From the NCBI RefSeq assembly GCF_037042905.1, contig NC_087251.1, forward strand, positions 47,680,001-47,744,000: DNA of 64,000 bases. The letters are read 5' to 3'. A program made the translations under genes and the position numbers. This stretch comes from Lytechinus pictus (lineage: Eukaryota). Under the pieces are notes generated by a model. That model had not been told where the DNA came from. It searched no databases and saw only the letters and a program-made list of their open reading frames with translations. Shown here piece by piece: positions 28,001-38,899 of the stretch (its first letter is position 1; the number at the start of each line of letters is the position of its first letter).

Positions 28001-31000
28001 AAAGGCAAATACCATACAAAACAGTCAATTAAGCAAATCAAATACACTCCAGTCATATGCCAATGTTGGGATTGGGTGTCCAGACACTTTAAAATTTTGA
28101 AGCCTTCTTTTTTATCTTTGGATTACACAAAAAATATGAATTCAATAGTTGTAGGCCTAATCTTCTTCAATTTTTTTTTTTTTGCCTAACATTTTGTACT
28201 GAAAATTGATGAGAATTGAGATTTGCCTGTTACTTTTCCAAACGGCTGTTTAAAAATTGATTGATTGGACACACGAACTGTCCGGATTCCAGATACACAA
28301 CTACTGGGTATACCCACCCCTTGCAGTTTTAGTAACTCTTTCACTTTTAGTTTAGGCCACTTAGTAAAAAGTACAGTATTCTTTCAGTGATTCACAATAG
28401 ATTGGTGTTTGTATTGCAAGAAACTAAAATATGATCAGTTTGCACGTCCAAAAGGGAGGAACTGTCTGCACATGCCTATATCAGGCCCTCTTATGACATC
28501 ATCTTTTAAAACAATATTTAAATTTTGGCATAATCATAGTCCATTTATAAGTAAATCTGCATCATTTAAAAGACTAAATCTGCGAAATAAATTTGTAGAT
28601 CAAAGTATGTTCAGTTATGATGTGATAACAGTACACTGTAATGGGTTGGGGAAAATCCAAGTTGACGAATCTGTGTACCAAACAGGAAGCGAGTTATTGG
28701 TGAGGCATACCAGTTACGCTGAAAGGATGTGCAGATGGGGGGGGGGGGGGGTTGAGGGACCCCTTAACAATTTCACGACCAAGAAAAAAAAACGAAAAAA
28801 AGGAAAAGTGGGATATCATTTTCTGAATATTTTATCAAAATTTGTCACAAATCAGATTGTTTTATTAAAAAGGTAAAAATTGTTGCTCAGAATTCACACC
28901 TTTTAAAAAGAAATTTTGCCCCATATGCCATGTCTGGCCCCCTCTGTATGGCTTATTATATTCACTCGCGTTCGTAATCACTCGCGTCGCATTGGTAATC
29001 ACACGCGTTTTTGATTTTTGGCGATTTTTTTTTTTCATTTCGGTGCGATTTTTTTTCTAACGGTGTCTTCAATGGGACAAACACGCTGGGAAAATAAAAT
29101 GAAATTGAAATTCGAGTTTCGTTTTAAGCCGGCAAGTGCCTTAAATAAGATGTACTCGACTACTGTTTTAACATAACAAACAAGCAAATCAGCCATGTGG
29201 CTCAACTAACTTAGCATAGATCTGGACTTCTACTGTGTCTTATACGAGGACTCCGAGTCGGAACTTGCCATATCTGCCACATCGATACTACATCGTATCA
29301 TTCCCATATGCGGACATGCCTGCATGCAATGGCCCCAAGGCGGCCGGACCCGGCCGCGGTCGGACACGACGTGCATCGGTAGCATGGAGCAAGCTAACGT
29401 GAGTCGAGCTGAGTTAGATCCCACGTTACATATGAGGCGCCGATTGTACCAATATTATATAGAACAATTATTTGTTACATAATCATTATTCATTAAATAA
29501 TAACTATTATTTATATATAATTTACATTCTATTTGTAAATAATTACTATTATATAAAATAACATTTCTAATTATTTATATATAATTCCAAGTAATACTTC
29601 ACCATTTGTAAATAATAATAGTTCGACATTCTATTATTTATAAATAATGATTATTTCTTTTTAATTATTTGTAAATAATGATTATTTTTTTTCATTATTT
29701 ATGAATAATGATAATTTGTTTTTCATTATTTATAAATAATGATTATTTGTTTTTCATTATTTATAAATACTGATTGTTTGTTTTTTCATTATTTATAAAT
29801 AATGATTATTTCTTTTTAATTATTTGTAAATAATGATTATTTTTTTCAGTATTTATAAATAATGATAATTTGTTTTTCATTATTTATAAATAATGATTAT
29901 TTGTTTTTCATTATTTATAAATAATGATTATTTGTTTTTCATTATTTATAAATAATGGTTATTTGCATATAAATAACGATTATTTGTATATAATGGCAAA
30001 CTGTAAGAATCGTTTATAAATAATGATTATTTATAAATAATGGGATATTCAAACAAAAATGTTATTTATAAATAATGAAACACAATGAATTTTCATTATT
30101 TATAAATAATGGGAAACTCAACAAATTATTTATGAATAAAGAAATGTGCACTGGCATTGTTAATAGATAATTTTCATTTACAAATAATAGAAAACTCGAC
30201 AAACTTATTTATAAATAATAAAAGAACAAATTGCAATTATTCATAAATAATGAAGTATGCAGTGTCATTATTTATAAATAATGAAACACAAAAATTATTA
30301 TTTATAGATAATGAAAAACAAATAATCATTATTTATAAATAATGGAATGTCGAACTTTTATTATTTACAAGTAATGAAGTACTGTATTACTTGGAATTAT
30401 ATATAAATAATTAGAAATGTTATTTTATATAATAGTAATTATTTACAAATAGAATGTAAATCATATATAAATAATAGTTATTATTTAATGAATAATGATT
30501 ATATAACAAATAATTGTTCTATATAATATTGGTACAATCGGCGCCTCATATATAACGTGGGATCTAACTCAGCTCGACTCACGTTAGCTTGCTCCATGCT
30601 ACCGATGCACGTCGTGTCCGACTGCGGCCGGGTCCGGCCGCCTTGGGGCCATTGCATGCAGGCATGTCCGCATATATGGGAATGATACGATGTAATATCG
30701 ATGTGGCAGATATGGCAAGTTCCGACTCGGGAGTCCTCGTATAAGACACAATAGAAGTCCGGATCTATTCTAAGTTAGTTGAGCCACATGGCTGATTTGC
30801 TTGTTTGTTATGTTAAAACAGTAGTCAAGTACATTTTATTTTAAGGCACTTAATTGCCGGCTTAAAACGAAACTCGAATTTCAATTTCATTTATTTTCCC
30901 TGCATGTCTGCCCCATTGAAGACACCGTTAAAAAAAAATCGCACCGAAAAAAAAAAAAAAATCGCCAAAAATTCAAAACGCGAGTGATTACGAACCCGCA

Positions 31001-34000
31001 CGCGACGCGAGTGATTATAAACTGCCCTCTGTATGTACATAAAGAACTTGGGCTAAGATGCTGGTAATGTACAATCCGGGGAGGGGAGCATTCAACTATA
31101 TTGTCGAGCACACAATTTGATAATGATGTAAAAAATACTTGAAGGGTAATTTCTTCTAATAAGATGTAACTCTCACAGAGCTCATTAAAGGAGAATGAAA
31201 CTCTTGGAGCAAGTTAGCTTTTGTGAAAGCAGAAAAATCAAAGAATAAGATCAACAAAAGTTTGAGTAAAATAGGACTAGCAATAGAAGAGTTATGGGCA
31301 TTTGAATGTCGAGATCACTAATGCTATGGAGATCCTCCCATTGGCAATGCGACCAAGATCTATGATGTCACAGATGAACAACTCTCCCCTTTTGGACACT
31401 GAAAATATACCCCAAAACATATCTTTTTGCTCATTATAATCATATGACAAACGATTCATCAATGATATAATGTTGTGAAACCTCTGTACTTGTCCTCTCA
31501 TTAAAAAGAACACCTCACATTGTGATAGACTCTATAAAAGTGAGAATATAAGTGAAATAAGTACTTAAGTAATGAGGGAGTTGTACGTGTGTGACATCAC
31601 AGATCTTGGTCGCATTGCCAATGGGAGGAACTACATGGCATTAGTGATCTCAATATTCAAATGCTCATAACTTTCTTATTATTCATTCAATCTTCCTCAA
31701 ACTTTCAACAATATGTTTCTTTGATTTTTCTCTTTGATATGGATTCAGCTGGTTTCAAGGGTTTCATTCTCCTTTAAGATTAGGAAGAGACAAAAAAATA
31801 GGGGAAAGGATATATGGTTTATGAGAATATTCATGCATGTTTCTTTTTTCCCCCATATTCATACCTGTCTTGCTTCAGTTCATGTTTTCATTTTATCAAT
31901 GAATGTCTGCAGACAGTTTTTCATACGAAAAACCTGCCCTGCATGCGAGTAGATGCAAGAAAACAAAAACTAAAGCAAGACAAGGGAGTATTTACTTTGC
32001 ACCCACTCACTCACACTAGCGCGAGGTTAGTACATGTATGCTATACTATAACCTTGCACACTGAACCGTGTTTGGGTCTGGATTTCTGAGAAGTCAGCAA
32101 ACATCGCTTAATTTGCCGAAACTTCCTCCAGCTACTCACCGGGGCTCTTTCCTCTGAGTATATAGCTATATACAATATTTTTTTTACAAATTAAAATTCA
32201 TTACAAAAAGAGCAATTCATCGCTTACCTCAGCCTGAAAAGTGGTTTCACATATCTCTTCCACGGAAATAAAAGGAAGCCAATGGTGGCGCTAATAAATA
32301 TCACAACCTAAATTCAGCTCATCGGAGTTTTATAACTGTGTGTAGTACGCTCAATTCAGATGGTTATTTGATAAAATATGGGCACCAATAAATGGCATAC
32401 CTTCGAAAACATACTTTTATGTTTAGGATTATTTTTGGTGATGATAACACTTTAAAAAAAAATCATTTTAAAGTAATGACAGATTTAACAAAAATAGAAA
32501 AATTCTATGTGCCTTGAATGAAACCAGCAGTACAAGCTTTGTTCATTTGTCAACAAACGGTACACCAAAGTCTATACAATGAAAAGACTGGACACTTTGC
32601 TGACTTCGAGTAATGCTTCGCATCAATTTGCGTGTGAAATCGTTTCAGTGCCTGGTCTTTCCCTTATTTTTTATTTTTTTTAATCAAACAAGTGCACACC
32701 TAGTTACCAATAATGCATATATATAGCATTTCCATTTATTTGAAAGCAGGATAAAAGAGCATTGTAGATTAAATAACTTGCTTACGGGCATAGGCGCCGC
32801 GGCCGGGAATCGAACCCCGGACTTTCCATGTATAGCCAGACGCCTTAGACCACTCGGCCACGGCACCTCCACTTTGATATAAATATAATAAATCTTGCGC
32901 CCTCTTTAGACAAAGAATTGCTGTTCGCGAAGTCGAAGAGCAAGAAAAGTAAACATCATCGAGCTGTGGAAATCTTAGGATTTAACTGCATCTTATCGAA
33001 TAAATGTAGAATGAAGGTCACTATTTATTCGCTAAGCGTCAACCAAATTCAAATGATAATTTTATGGGCTTTTTACCCCTTTAGGATAGCCAGGTCTAAA
33101 TCAAATTTGACCACCATCGATTTCATGTACAAAAGAAAACGCAATGCACCCATAGGTGGAACCTACTGTTGTCTGGCCATACTAAATGTATAGTGTTTTT
33201 AGCATTAACAGATAGTTGTAAATGCAGCCTTTACTTTATAGATTAAGGGATACATGAGCTTGAGGCCCAGTGACTAAAATTCAAGAAAACTTACATTGGT
33301 AAAAGGCTGAGTGAAGAATAGTCCTCTAGCCACTGCTTGAGTAATAGCTGGTCTTTTAACTCTTCTATGGCAGCTTCAAGATGTTCTTTGTCACGAGGTT
33401 TGAGTCTCCTCAAGGCCCGCTGGTTAATGTCCAATTGGGCTACCTCCCCCAGGCTCACACAACCTTTAGGGGAAAAAAAACCACATGAAATCAATGATCA
33501 TCAATCGTAGGAATATATAAAAAGTTTAAAAAGTACTATCAATTAAATCAAAATTAGCAAATTATACACATGTACATCTATCCTGCTGTTTGCTTTCCTT
33601 TTAGGGCAAAGTAAAAAATCCCATCTAAATATTTCTAAAGCAAACTGGCATGTGATTTCAGTATTGTCATTCTAAAAAGAACATACACATTTGTATTAAG
33701 TAAAAAATGAATACAGGAAATGTTAGCGGTAATAGTGAAAGCAATTGAACTTGACCTGCATGGTGAATCAATACCAGGCATTCAGGCAAAGAACGATTTT
33801 TATTTTTTTACTGTATCTTTTATTATTTCTTTTACTGTATCTTGCCTGGCGTTACGTACATACTTTTTAAAATAATGTTTGTCAATGTGTTTTATTTGAA
33901 TTTTAATAATGTGCAATTTTATATATTGAATGTGCAATATTCTCTCAACGGTTTTTCCATGAGGGCTCGCATGCCTCTGGGCAATAGTACTGAATTTTAC

Positions 34001-37000
34001 TTTTGCGAGCCCTGGCCCATGGAAAAACCGTTTTCTTACTCTTTTCTTCTTCTCTTTCATTTCTACCTTATCTATATTTAATTATTCAATTTCAAATTTT
34101 ATTTATGTAATTACATTGTACAATTTTTGTATGTTTTTATGGCCAAATAAATAATAATAATAATAATAATCATAATTTTTTTTTTTTGGGGGGGGCTCCT
34201 TTTCATAAATTACTGCCTAAATATGCATCATCGGATAAGCTTTAACATGACGATGAAAGAAGTTCCAGGGTTCATTTTGTTTAGTTTCCAGGGCTCTCTT
34301 TAGCATTTTCCGGGGCTAAATCGCCCCTGCCTCCCATCTAATTATTTTTCGCGATTAACCCTTTCACCCCACCCACACACACACACAATACCAAATAATG
34401 TTGAGAAGTAACAATAACATGTACACATATGTATGTAGGCCTATGTTAAGTTGGGAACTGGAAGTGGCAGATAAGGGGAAAAAAGGGGTGGGAGAGAAAA
34501 GAAAACACCTAATTGTATCATTACTAATTTACATGGAAATTGACTTGAAATGGTAGTCCATGGTAGTCCTTTCTAGTGCCTAGGGCAGACCCAGGATTGA
34601 ATCGGGGGAGGGGGGGGGGGTTGTGTACTAGGGAAAAAACTGCACGGGGGCTCCGGGCGACTTTGCCCAAAAAATGCTTACAAGTACCTACCCTATAAAA
34701 AGTATAAAATCCCATTCACTGCAATGTCAAAGCTTATCCAATGTATCAGGTTCAGGCAGTAGGTTGTGAAGGTCACATAACCATTAGGGGCCTGTTGCAT
34801 GACAAGATGAGCGATACGTAGGAACGTCCTAGGACCATTCTTCCGAGATAGGAAGATTGGCGACAAATCAGCACTTTCCGTTTCACGAAGGCAATTTTGT
34901 CTTCCAAGTCCGCGACATCGTTTGATATCGATAGTATCGGAAAAATATTTAGTCTTCATCGTCACCTGAACCTTTTATTTCTGAATGACGACTTTACATA
35001 AAATCCGATATTTCAATAAAAGGAGATCAAATAATGTTTTATTTATTACTGATAGTAGAATTGATGTATGGAGCTTACTTTATGAGGTTAAAAGAGAAAA
35101 AAACTTTAAAGATTCACAAACATAACTAAATAAAAATCGAAATTTTCATTATTTCCCTTATTTAGAACACGATGTCTTTGTAGAGACACCTTTTATTGAT
35201 ATTTCAACGAAAGAGACCTTTGTCCGACATAAAAATTGATTTAACTAAGTAATTTCGACATTTATTAGTTCAATATTCTGTATTTTTATAGAATACTTGT
35301 ATATAATAATAATTTTGCAAATTATGCGTTAATATGTTATTTGTTGAGGTAAATATAGGGTTTGAATGGAGTAAACAAAATCAACAGTGTCTGATTGTAT
35401 GAGACTAAAAAGGAAAATATGAGAGGCAGCGTGTGAAAAATCTAATTTATTTATTTTATTTGTCAGATATAACGCAAGAAATACAAATGTGAGTGTTTAG
35501 AGTATAAACATACCTCAGTTGCATGAGTAACAGAAAATGAAAATATGAAAATTGCTGCAAACATGTCCAAGTGGATAAAGTAGTACTTTGCAATAATAAT
35601 TAAAACATAGAAAAAGGTGTGAATCAATCCGCAATGGAAAAAATACTTTTACAGAAATAATGCTAAATATGACAACGATCATAAACGCTGGTCATATTTA
35701 AAGATGATCACTTAATTTATGGAAGTTTATATAACAATATAAGGTTTAAGAAATAACAAAAAATATATATGTTCAACATTTCAAAGTTAAGGAGTATAGA
35801 GATTATATGCTATGACATAAGGGCCGAAAGGGGCCTACCCTAAGATTTAAAATGCGCCTCTTCGTATGGACTTTCCATAATCTATTCTTTAATGAACTTA
35901 TCTTCATTTGTAATGATTGTGATGGATTCGAAAGCTATATAGGCTTAATCTGTATCTTAAATTCAATATTAGCTGCAGGTTTTTTGTTTTGTTTCACTGT
36001 TTCAAATCCAACAATTAATTTTCATTGATTAAAATAAATCTCAGCAAAAAAAAATAATTATAATGAAAATAAAATTAAAATAAATAAATGATTTAGCATG
36101 TTTAACATCTTAGTTTTGTTTGTCGTTTTTTTTTTGCTGAATGTTATTGAACACGTTTTTTACCTTATATGATTTCTTTTAAAGAAATTTGTTGTTTATC
36201 TATAATGAGATCATTAGGGGTCGGCTAAAGAGATATAGTGCCGCCCATTTCAAGTATTTCAAGTTTATTTTTTTAATAGAAAAGGGGTGGGGATAAGACG
36301 GAGGGAGAATAGAAGAAAACATATTAAAAAAAATATTTGGCCCTATACATTACCCCCAGGAATAATACATGTACACCGGAGAAGTTAAAATGACATCCGT
36401 TTTTGGTCGTCCTGCCGTGCAAAAAGACGACCTGAAATTGATGACAACTAGCTCCCCATATAAAAAATAACTTGGCGCCATCCCAGATAAAATGCATCAG
36501 AGTGCAACCAAAAAAATGTTTAGAGGTGATGAGTCAGTGTGGCTTGCCGTAAATGCATTTTCTCTCAATGCCGACGGTGGCGGGCGGTGTGCAAAGAAGA
36601 TCATGCCTATGTAGGACATGTCTGGAGGTGTCTTTCCAAGGACCATTCTTCGTATCGCCCAAATCGGCTTTGTGAAACAGTTGAGCGATATCTCGTTCTT
36701 ACGTAGAATGGTTCTACTTTCATGCAACAGGCCCTAGTTCTCTTAGAGAAGCAATTGCCTCTCCAATCCACCCCCCCCTCAAATGAATAAAGTGACAAGC
36801 AAAAATAAAAACACATATTTCTAAAGGCAGAGGTGCATATCATTCAATCATTTTTAAAGCACCAAAGCCTTGAACAATTTTGGTAATCTCCATTTAATGA
36901 TACAATGTAGATCTAGGTCACCCTTGAGGAGTAATAATGATATTACACCCTGTAATGTTATAGAAAATAGTACAGTAACAATAATTATGACAATAAAATG

Positions 37001-38605
37001 TAAAAAAATTGTTAGCAAATACTAACAAAACAATTTATGTGGAAATTAGGTGGAAAATATTGGTTTAGGGATTATAATTTCATAACCTTTCAATTGGACC
37101 CCAATGAATTGAATTGGTTTGGAATCAATGCCTGGTTATCATTCAAGTCTTTATTTATTTATTTACTTTTAATTTATACCTTTATTGATTTACTTATTTA
37201 TTCATTAATTCCTTCATTTATCTATTCATTCATTTATTTATCTAATTTCTAATTATCTATTCATTCATTTCAATGTGAGCAAGTTCACAATTCTTTTAGA
37301 GAGTGAATTGCCCTTGACTTTCTCACATGCTATAATGCTAGCAGAAGTGTTGTCTACAAAAGTTGCAGAATTGCAATATCAAGGATCAGGATTTTTAAAT
37401 TTCACTCTGAATTCAATAACCGATGTCACTAAAGTCATTGTAACTCAAAATGCCCAGGTTGAATTTAAATACAATTCTGAACACTCCTCCCCAAGACAAG
37501 CCCTGGTCAACCCAATACAAAGCAATTAAGAGATAAACAATGAATGTAGGCCTAGATCTAAGTAGAAAAAACCCTTTGATTAATTTTTTAATTGCTGAAT
37601 AAATTCAGGATCATAGGATCCAAATGAAACAGATCATCACAATCACAATGACCAAAACAAAGCAATAGTCTTACTATAAACATCAAGATGAAAGCAGAGA
37701 CAAAACAATGAATGTATTAAAGTGAAAACAATAACAATGAAACCTTTTAATATAATTATTCAATTGCTAAATAAATTCAGGATCATAGGATCCAAATAAA
37801 ACAGATCATCACAATCACAATGACCAAAACAAAGCAATAGTCTTACTAACAGAATAAACATCAAGATGAAAGCAGAGACAAAACAATGAATGTATTAAAG
37901 TGAAAACAATAACAATGAAACCTTTTAATATAATTATTCAATTGCTAAATAAATTCAGGATCATAGCATCCAAATAAAACAGATCATCATAATTACAATG
38001 ACCAAAACGAAGCAATAGTCTTAATAGATTAAACATCAAGATGGAAAGCAGAGACAAAACAATGAATGTATTAAAGTGAAAACAATAACAATGAAACCTT
38101 TTAATATAATTATTCAATTGCTAAATAAATTCAGGATCATAGCATCCAAATAAAACAGATCATCATAATTACAATGACCAAAACGAAGCAATAGTCTTAC
38201 TAACAGAATAAACATCAAGATGAAAGCAGAGACAAAACAATGAATGTATTAAAGTGACGTGAAAACAAAAACAAAGAAACCTTTTAATATAATTATTCAA
38301 TTGCTAAATAAATTCTCATAGGATCCAAATAAAACAGATCATCACAATTACAATGACCAAAACGAAGCAATAGTCTTAATAGATTAAACATCAAGATGGA
38401 AAGCAGAGATGTGTGAAAACAACCTACCAGTATCCCTCAGTATCTTCTCAAGATGCACCAACTCGTTTTCCTTCAACCAAGTTTGAAAAGGAGTTTCTTC
38501 CTCGGAACTAAGTTGTGAAAATGTTGTCTTCAAAGCAATGTATATTACAATGAATAAAAAAAGCCTTGAAAAATATTTAAAGACAGTTGTTGTATCATCA
38601 GCCAT
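1019..38605 (-). CDS. AREL1: Apoptosis-resistant E3 ubiquitin ligase 1 (TM, SAM-like N-terminus, filamin repeat, HECT); 15 exons in window, 3' end continues off the left edge
   Basis: Hand-spliced exons (minus): 38605-38428, 33463-33295, 18768-18533, 17822-17605, 16602-16374, 13155-12965, 11418-11244, 9871-9660, 8986-8848, 8041-7923, 6651-6576, 5263-5151, 4525-4337, 1822-1697, 1148-1019. All phases are compatible (2500 nt, open frame). Peptides IIDYITGSLVDPCRCQVDWGW, GGSETFQDK, QDWGGLMREW, NQALVHPNPNRP, YEFAGKLIGKCLYESS, ARFTRSFLAQLIGLRV, YFETDDSEF and YLDLLAQYRL closely match human AREL1/KIAA0317 as recalled. The first three exons are less certain than the rest. Confidence 0.93.
2129..2924. 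mobile_element. piggyBac-type MITE (CCCT...AGGG, TTAA TSD)
   Basis: TTAA|CCCTTAATCTCCCGGGG ... CCCCGGGAGAATTAGGG|TTAA; internal sequence is similar to the copy at 9972-10716. Confidence 0.8.
3158..4305. mobile_element. Kolobok-type MITE (AGG...CCT, TTAA TSD) containing a nested TTAA element at 3716-4286
   Basis: Outer TIR AGGGGAATGAAACCTTT / AAAGGTTTCATTCTCCT. Inner element AGTGATCATTTCACTTTG...CAAAGTTAAACGATCCCT is bounded by TTAA at 3712 and 4287. Same family as 22689-23271 and 31189-31773. Confidence 0.78.
5495..5918. mobile_element. hAT-like MITE with 6-bp TSD
   Basis: CAGGGTGCTACATAA...TTATGTAGCACCCTG flanked by AGATTG on both sides; internal ACTTGCCC/GGGCAAGT subterminal motifs. Confidence 0.7.
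9972..10716. mobile_element. piggyBac-type MITE, second copy
   Basis: TTAA|CCCTAA ... TTAGGG|TTAA; collinear similarity with 2129-2924. Confidence 0.78.
13205..13544 (-). mobile_element. tRNA-derived SINE
   Basis: On the minus strand: tRNA-like head (A box, GTTTGAATCCC B box), conserved core ACTCTCGACCCAGGTGCTAAATGGGTACC and (TTA)n tail. Confidence 0.75.
13687..14253. mobile_element. Palindromic Kolobok-type MITE (TTAA TSD)
   Basis: Long inverted arms GGAAACCAAAACCCAAGAAGAGAAGC / GCTTCTTCTCTTGGGTTTTGGTTTCC bounded by TTAA. Confidence 0.75.
14635..14774. mobile_element. Short Harbinger-type MITE family (GGGGAGC..TTTCATGA / TCATGAAATGCTCCCC); related copies near 10725-10855, 11815-11955 and 55860-56020
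   Basis: About 140 bp with inverted ends and a shared core AGCCAATCAGATGCAAGGAT, repeated several times in the window. Confidence 0.65.
16740..17137. mobile_element. MITE-like inverted repeat with short internal subrepeats
   Basis: The left arm (CCAATTCGTCTA...CACCACATGGTCTACT) is the reverse complement of the right arm (GTAGACCATGTGGTGAG...TAGACGAATTGG). Confidence 0.6.
19575..20088. mobile_element. Kolobok-type MITE (TTAA|AGGGGTACTCC...); related copies near 41955-42665, 54452-55044 and 57400-57848
   Basis: TTAA-bounded AGGGGTAC...GTACCCTT ends; shared internal TGACATC/ATAACTT motifs across copies. Confidence 0.6.
21137..21402 (+). mobile_element. Near-complete tRNA-derived SINE with L2/CR1-type tail; other copies near 19290-19510, 44040-44303 and 63403-63671 (all minus)
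   Basis: Head GGAGCGTTGTGGCCCAGTGG...GGTTCAAATCCC (A/B boxes), core GTGCTGCACTCAACTCAGGTGAGGTAAATGGGTACC, tail AGCGCCTTGAGCAC...ATTATT. Confidence 0.8.
22689..23271. mobile_element. Kolobok-type MITE inserted in the LINE ORF
   Basis: TTAA TSD duplicated inside the codons for FK of ...RIVFKLLL...; near-identical to the inverted copy at 31189-31773. Confidence 0.85.
24033..25635. mobile_element. PIF/Harbinger-like non-autonomous element with internal tandem duplication
   Basis: TAG|GGGTGCGTTTA...TAAACGCAGCC|TAG (3-bp TSD). A ~90-bp left end and a ~710-bp block are each duplicated in tandem. Removing the element restores LINE ...GIALEWFK. Confidence 0.8.
25731..26156. mobile_element. TAG...CTA-ended MITE (Academ-like termini) in the LINE
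   Basis: TIR TAGTCTGCAGGTACAGACCCTT / AAGGGTCTGTGCCTGCAGACTA. Removal approximately restores RT ...KTTVVILVDLS. No clean TSD. Confidence 0.65.
26625..27381. mobile_element. Long-TIR non-autonomous DNA transposon with 9-bp TSD (AcademH- or MULE-like)
   Basis: About 130-bp TIRs starting TAGCCTATAATCTAG; flanks GGTTCCTTG / GGTGCCTTG. Confidence 0.75.
28951..31026. mobile_element. Foldback element with long inverted arms and AT-rich tandem inner domain
   Basis: 28951-~29700 is the reverse complement of ~30300-31026. The centre is built of TTATTTATAAATAATGA subrepeats. Flanking direct repeat CTCTGTATG. Confidence 0.85.
31189..31773. mobile_element. Kolobok-type MITE, inverted copy of 22689-23271
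   Basis: TTAA|AGGAGAATGAAAC...GTTTCATTCTCCT|TTAA. Confidence 0.85.
32690..32872 (-). mobile_element. tRNA-derived SINE (second family)
   Basis: Minus strand GGTGCCGTGGCCGAGTGGTCTAAGGCG...GGTTCGATTCCCGG, followed by a non-tRNA body and an A-rich tail. Confidence 0.65.
37585..38409. repeat. Tandem array of ~177-bp monomers (~4.6 copies) at the start of AREL1 intron 1
   Basis: TAAACATCAAGATG recurs near 37677, 37855, 38031, 38209 and 38385. Confidence 0.9.
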
Positions 38606-38899
38606 ACTAGAAGGTCATCATTAGTTTATCCTGATATCCAAGACGAGTTCTCCAGATCCAGCTGGCTCAGCTCAGCAGTACGCATCCAGCTGCAGTCTAG
38701 CTAGCTTGGTCGATCCGATATCCGCCAGCTGCAGTTGCCATGCTTTCTTTGCATGCAGCTAGCTAGCTAGCTAGCGCGCAGTTTCGGGGGAATTCGTGTG
38801 GCGTTCTTTGATCCAGATTCAAATTAAGACGCCGCATCAGACTCCAGAGTCTAACTTTAGTCCGGCTCAATCAGCTCATTAATCAACGCGATCAGCAAG
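38606..38899. promoter_or_regulatory. Probable bidirectional promoter between AREL1 (-) and the CaRF-PPC gene (+), including a likely non-coding first exon ending at 38899
   Basis: CpG-richer island with AGCT/CAGCTG repeats, lying between the AREL1 ATG (38605) and a perfect plus-strand donor AAG|gtaagt at 38899/38900. No other promoter-like region was seen before the coding exon at 40162. Confidence 0.6.

Noticed and set aside
34693..34965. 90-aa minus-strand ORF with an upstream AG, as a possible extra AREL1 exon
   Set aside because: No recognisable homology and no convincing donor; exons 1 and 2 already join in phase without it.
37585..38409. CRISPR-like array (also considered for 45100-48560 and 29640-30340)
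   Set aside because: Whole monomers are repeated with no unique spacers, there are no cas genes, and the context is eukaryotic.
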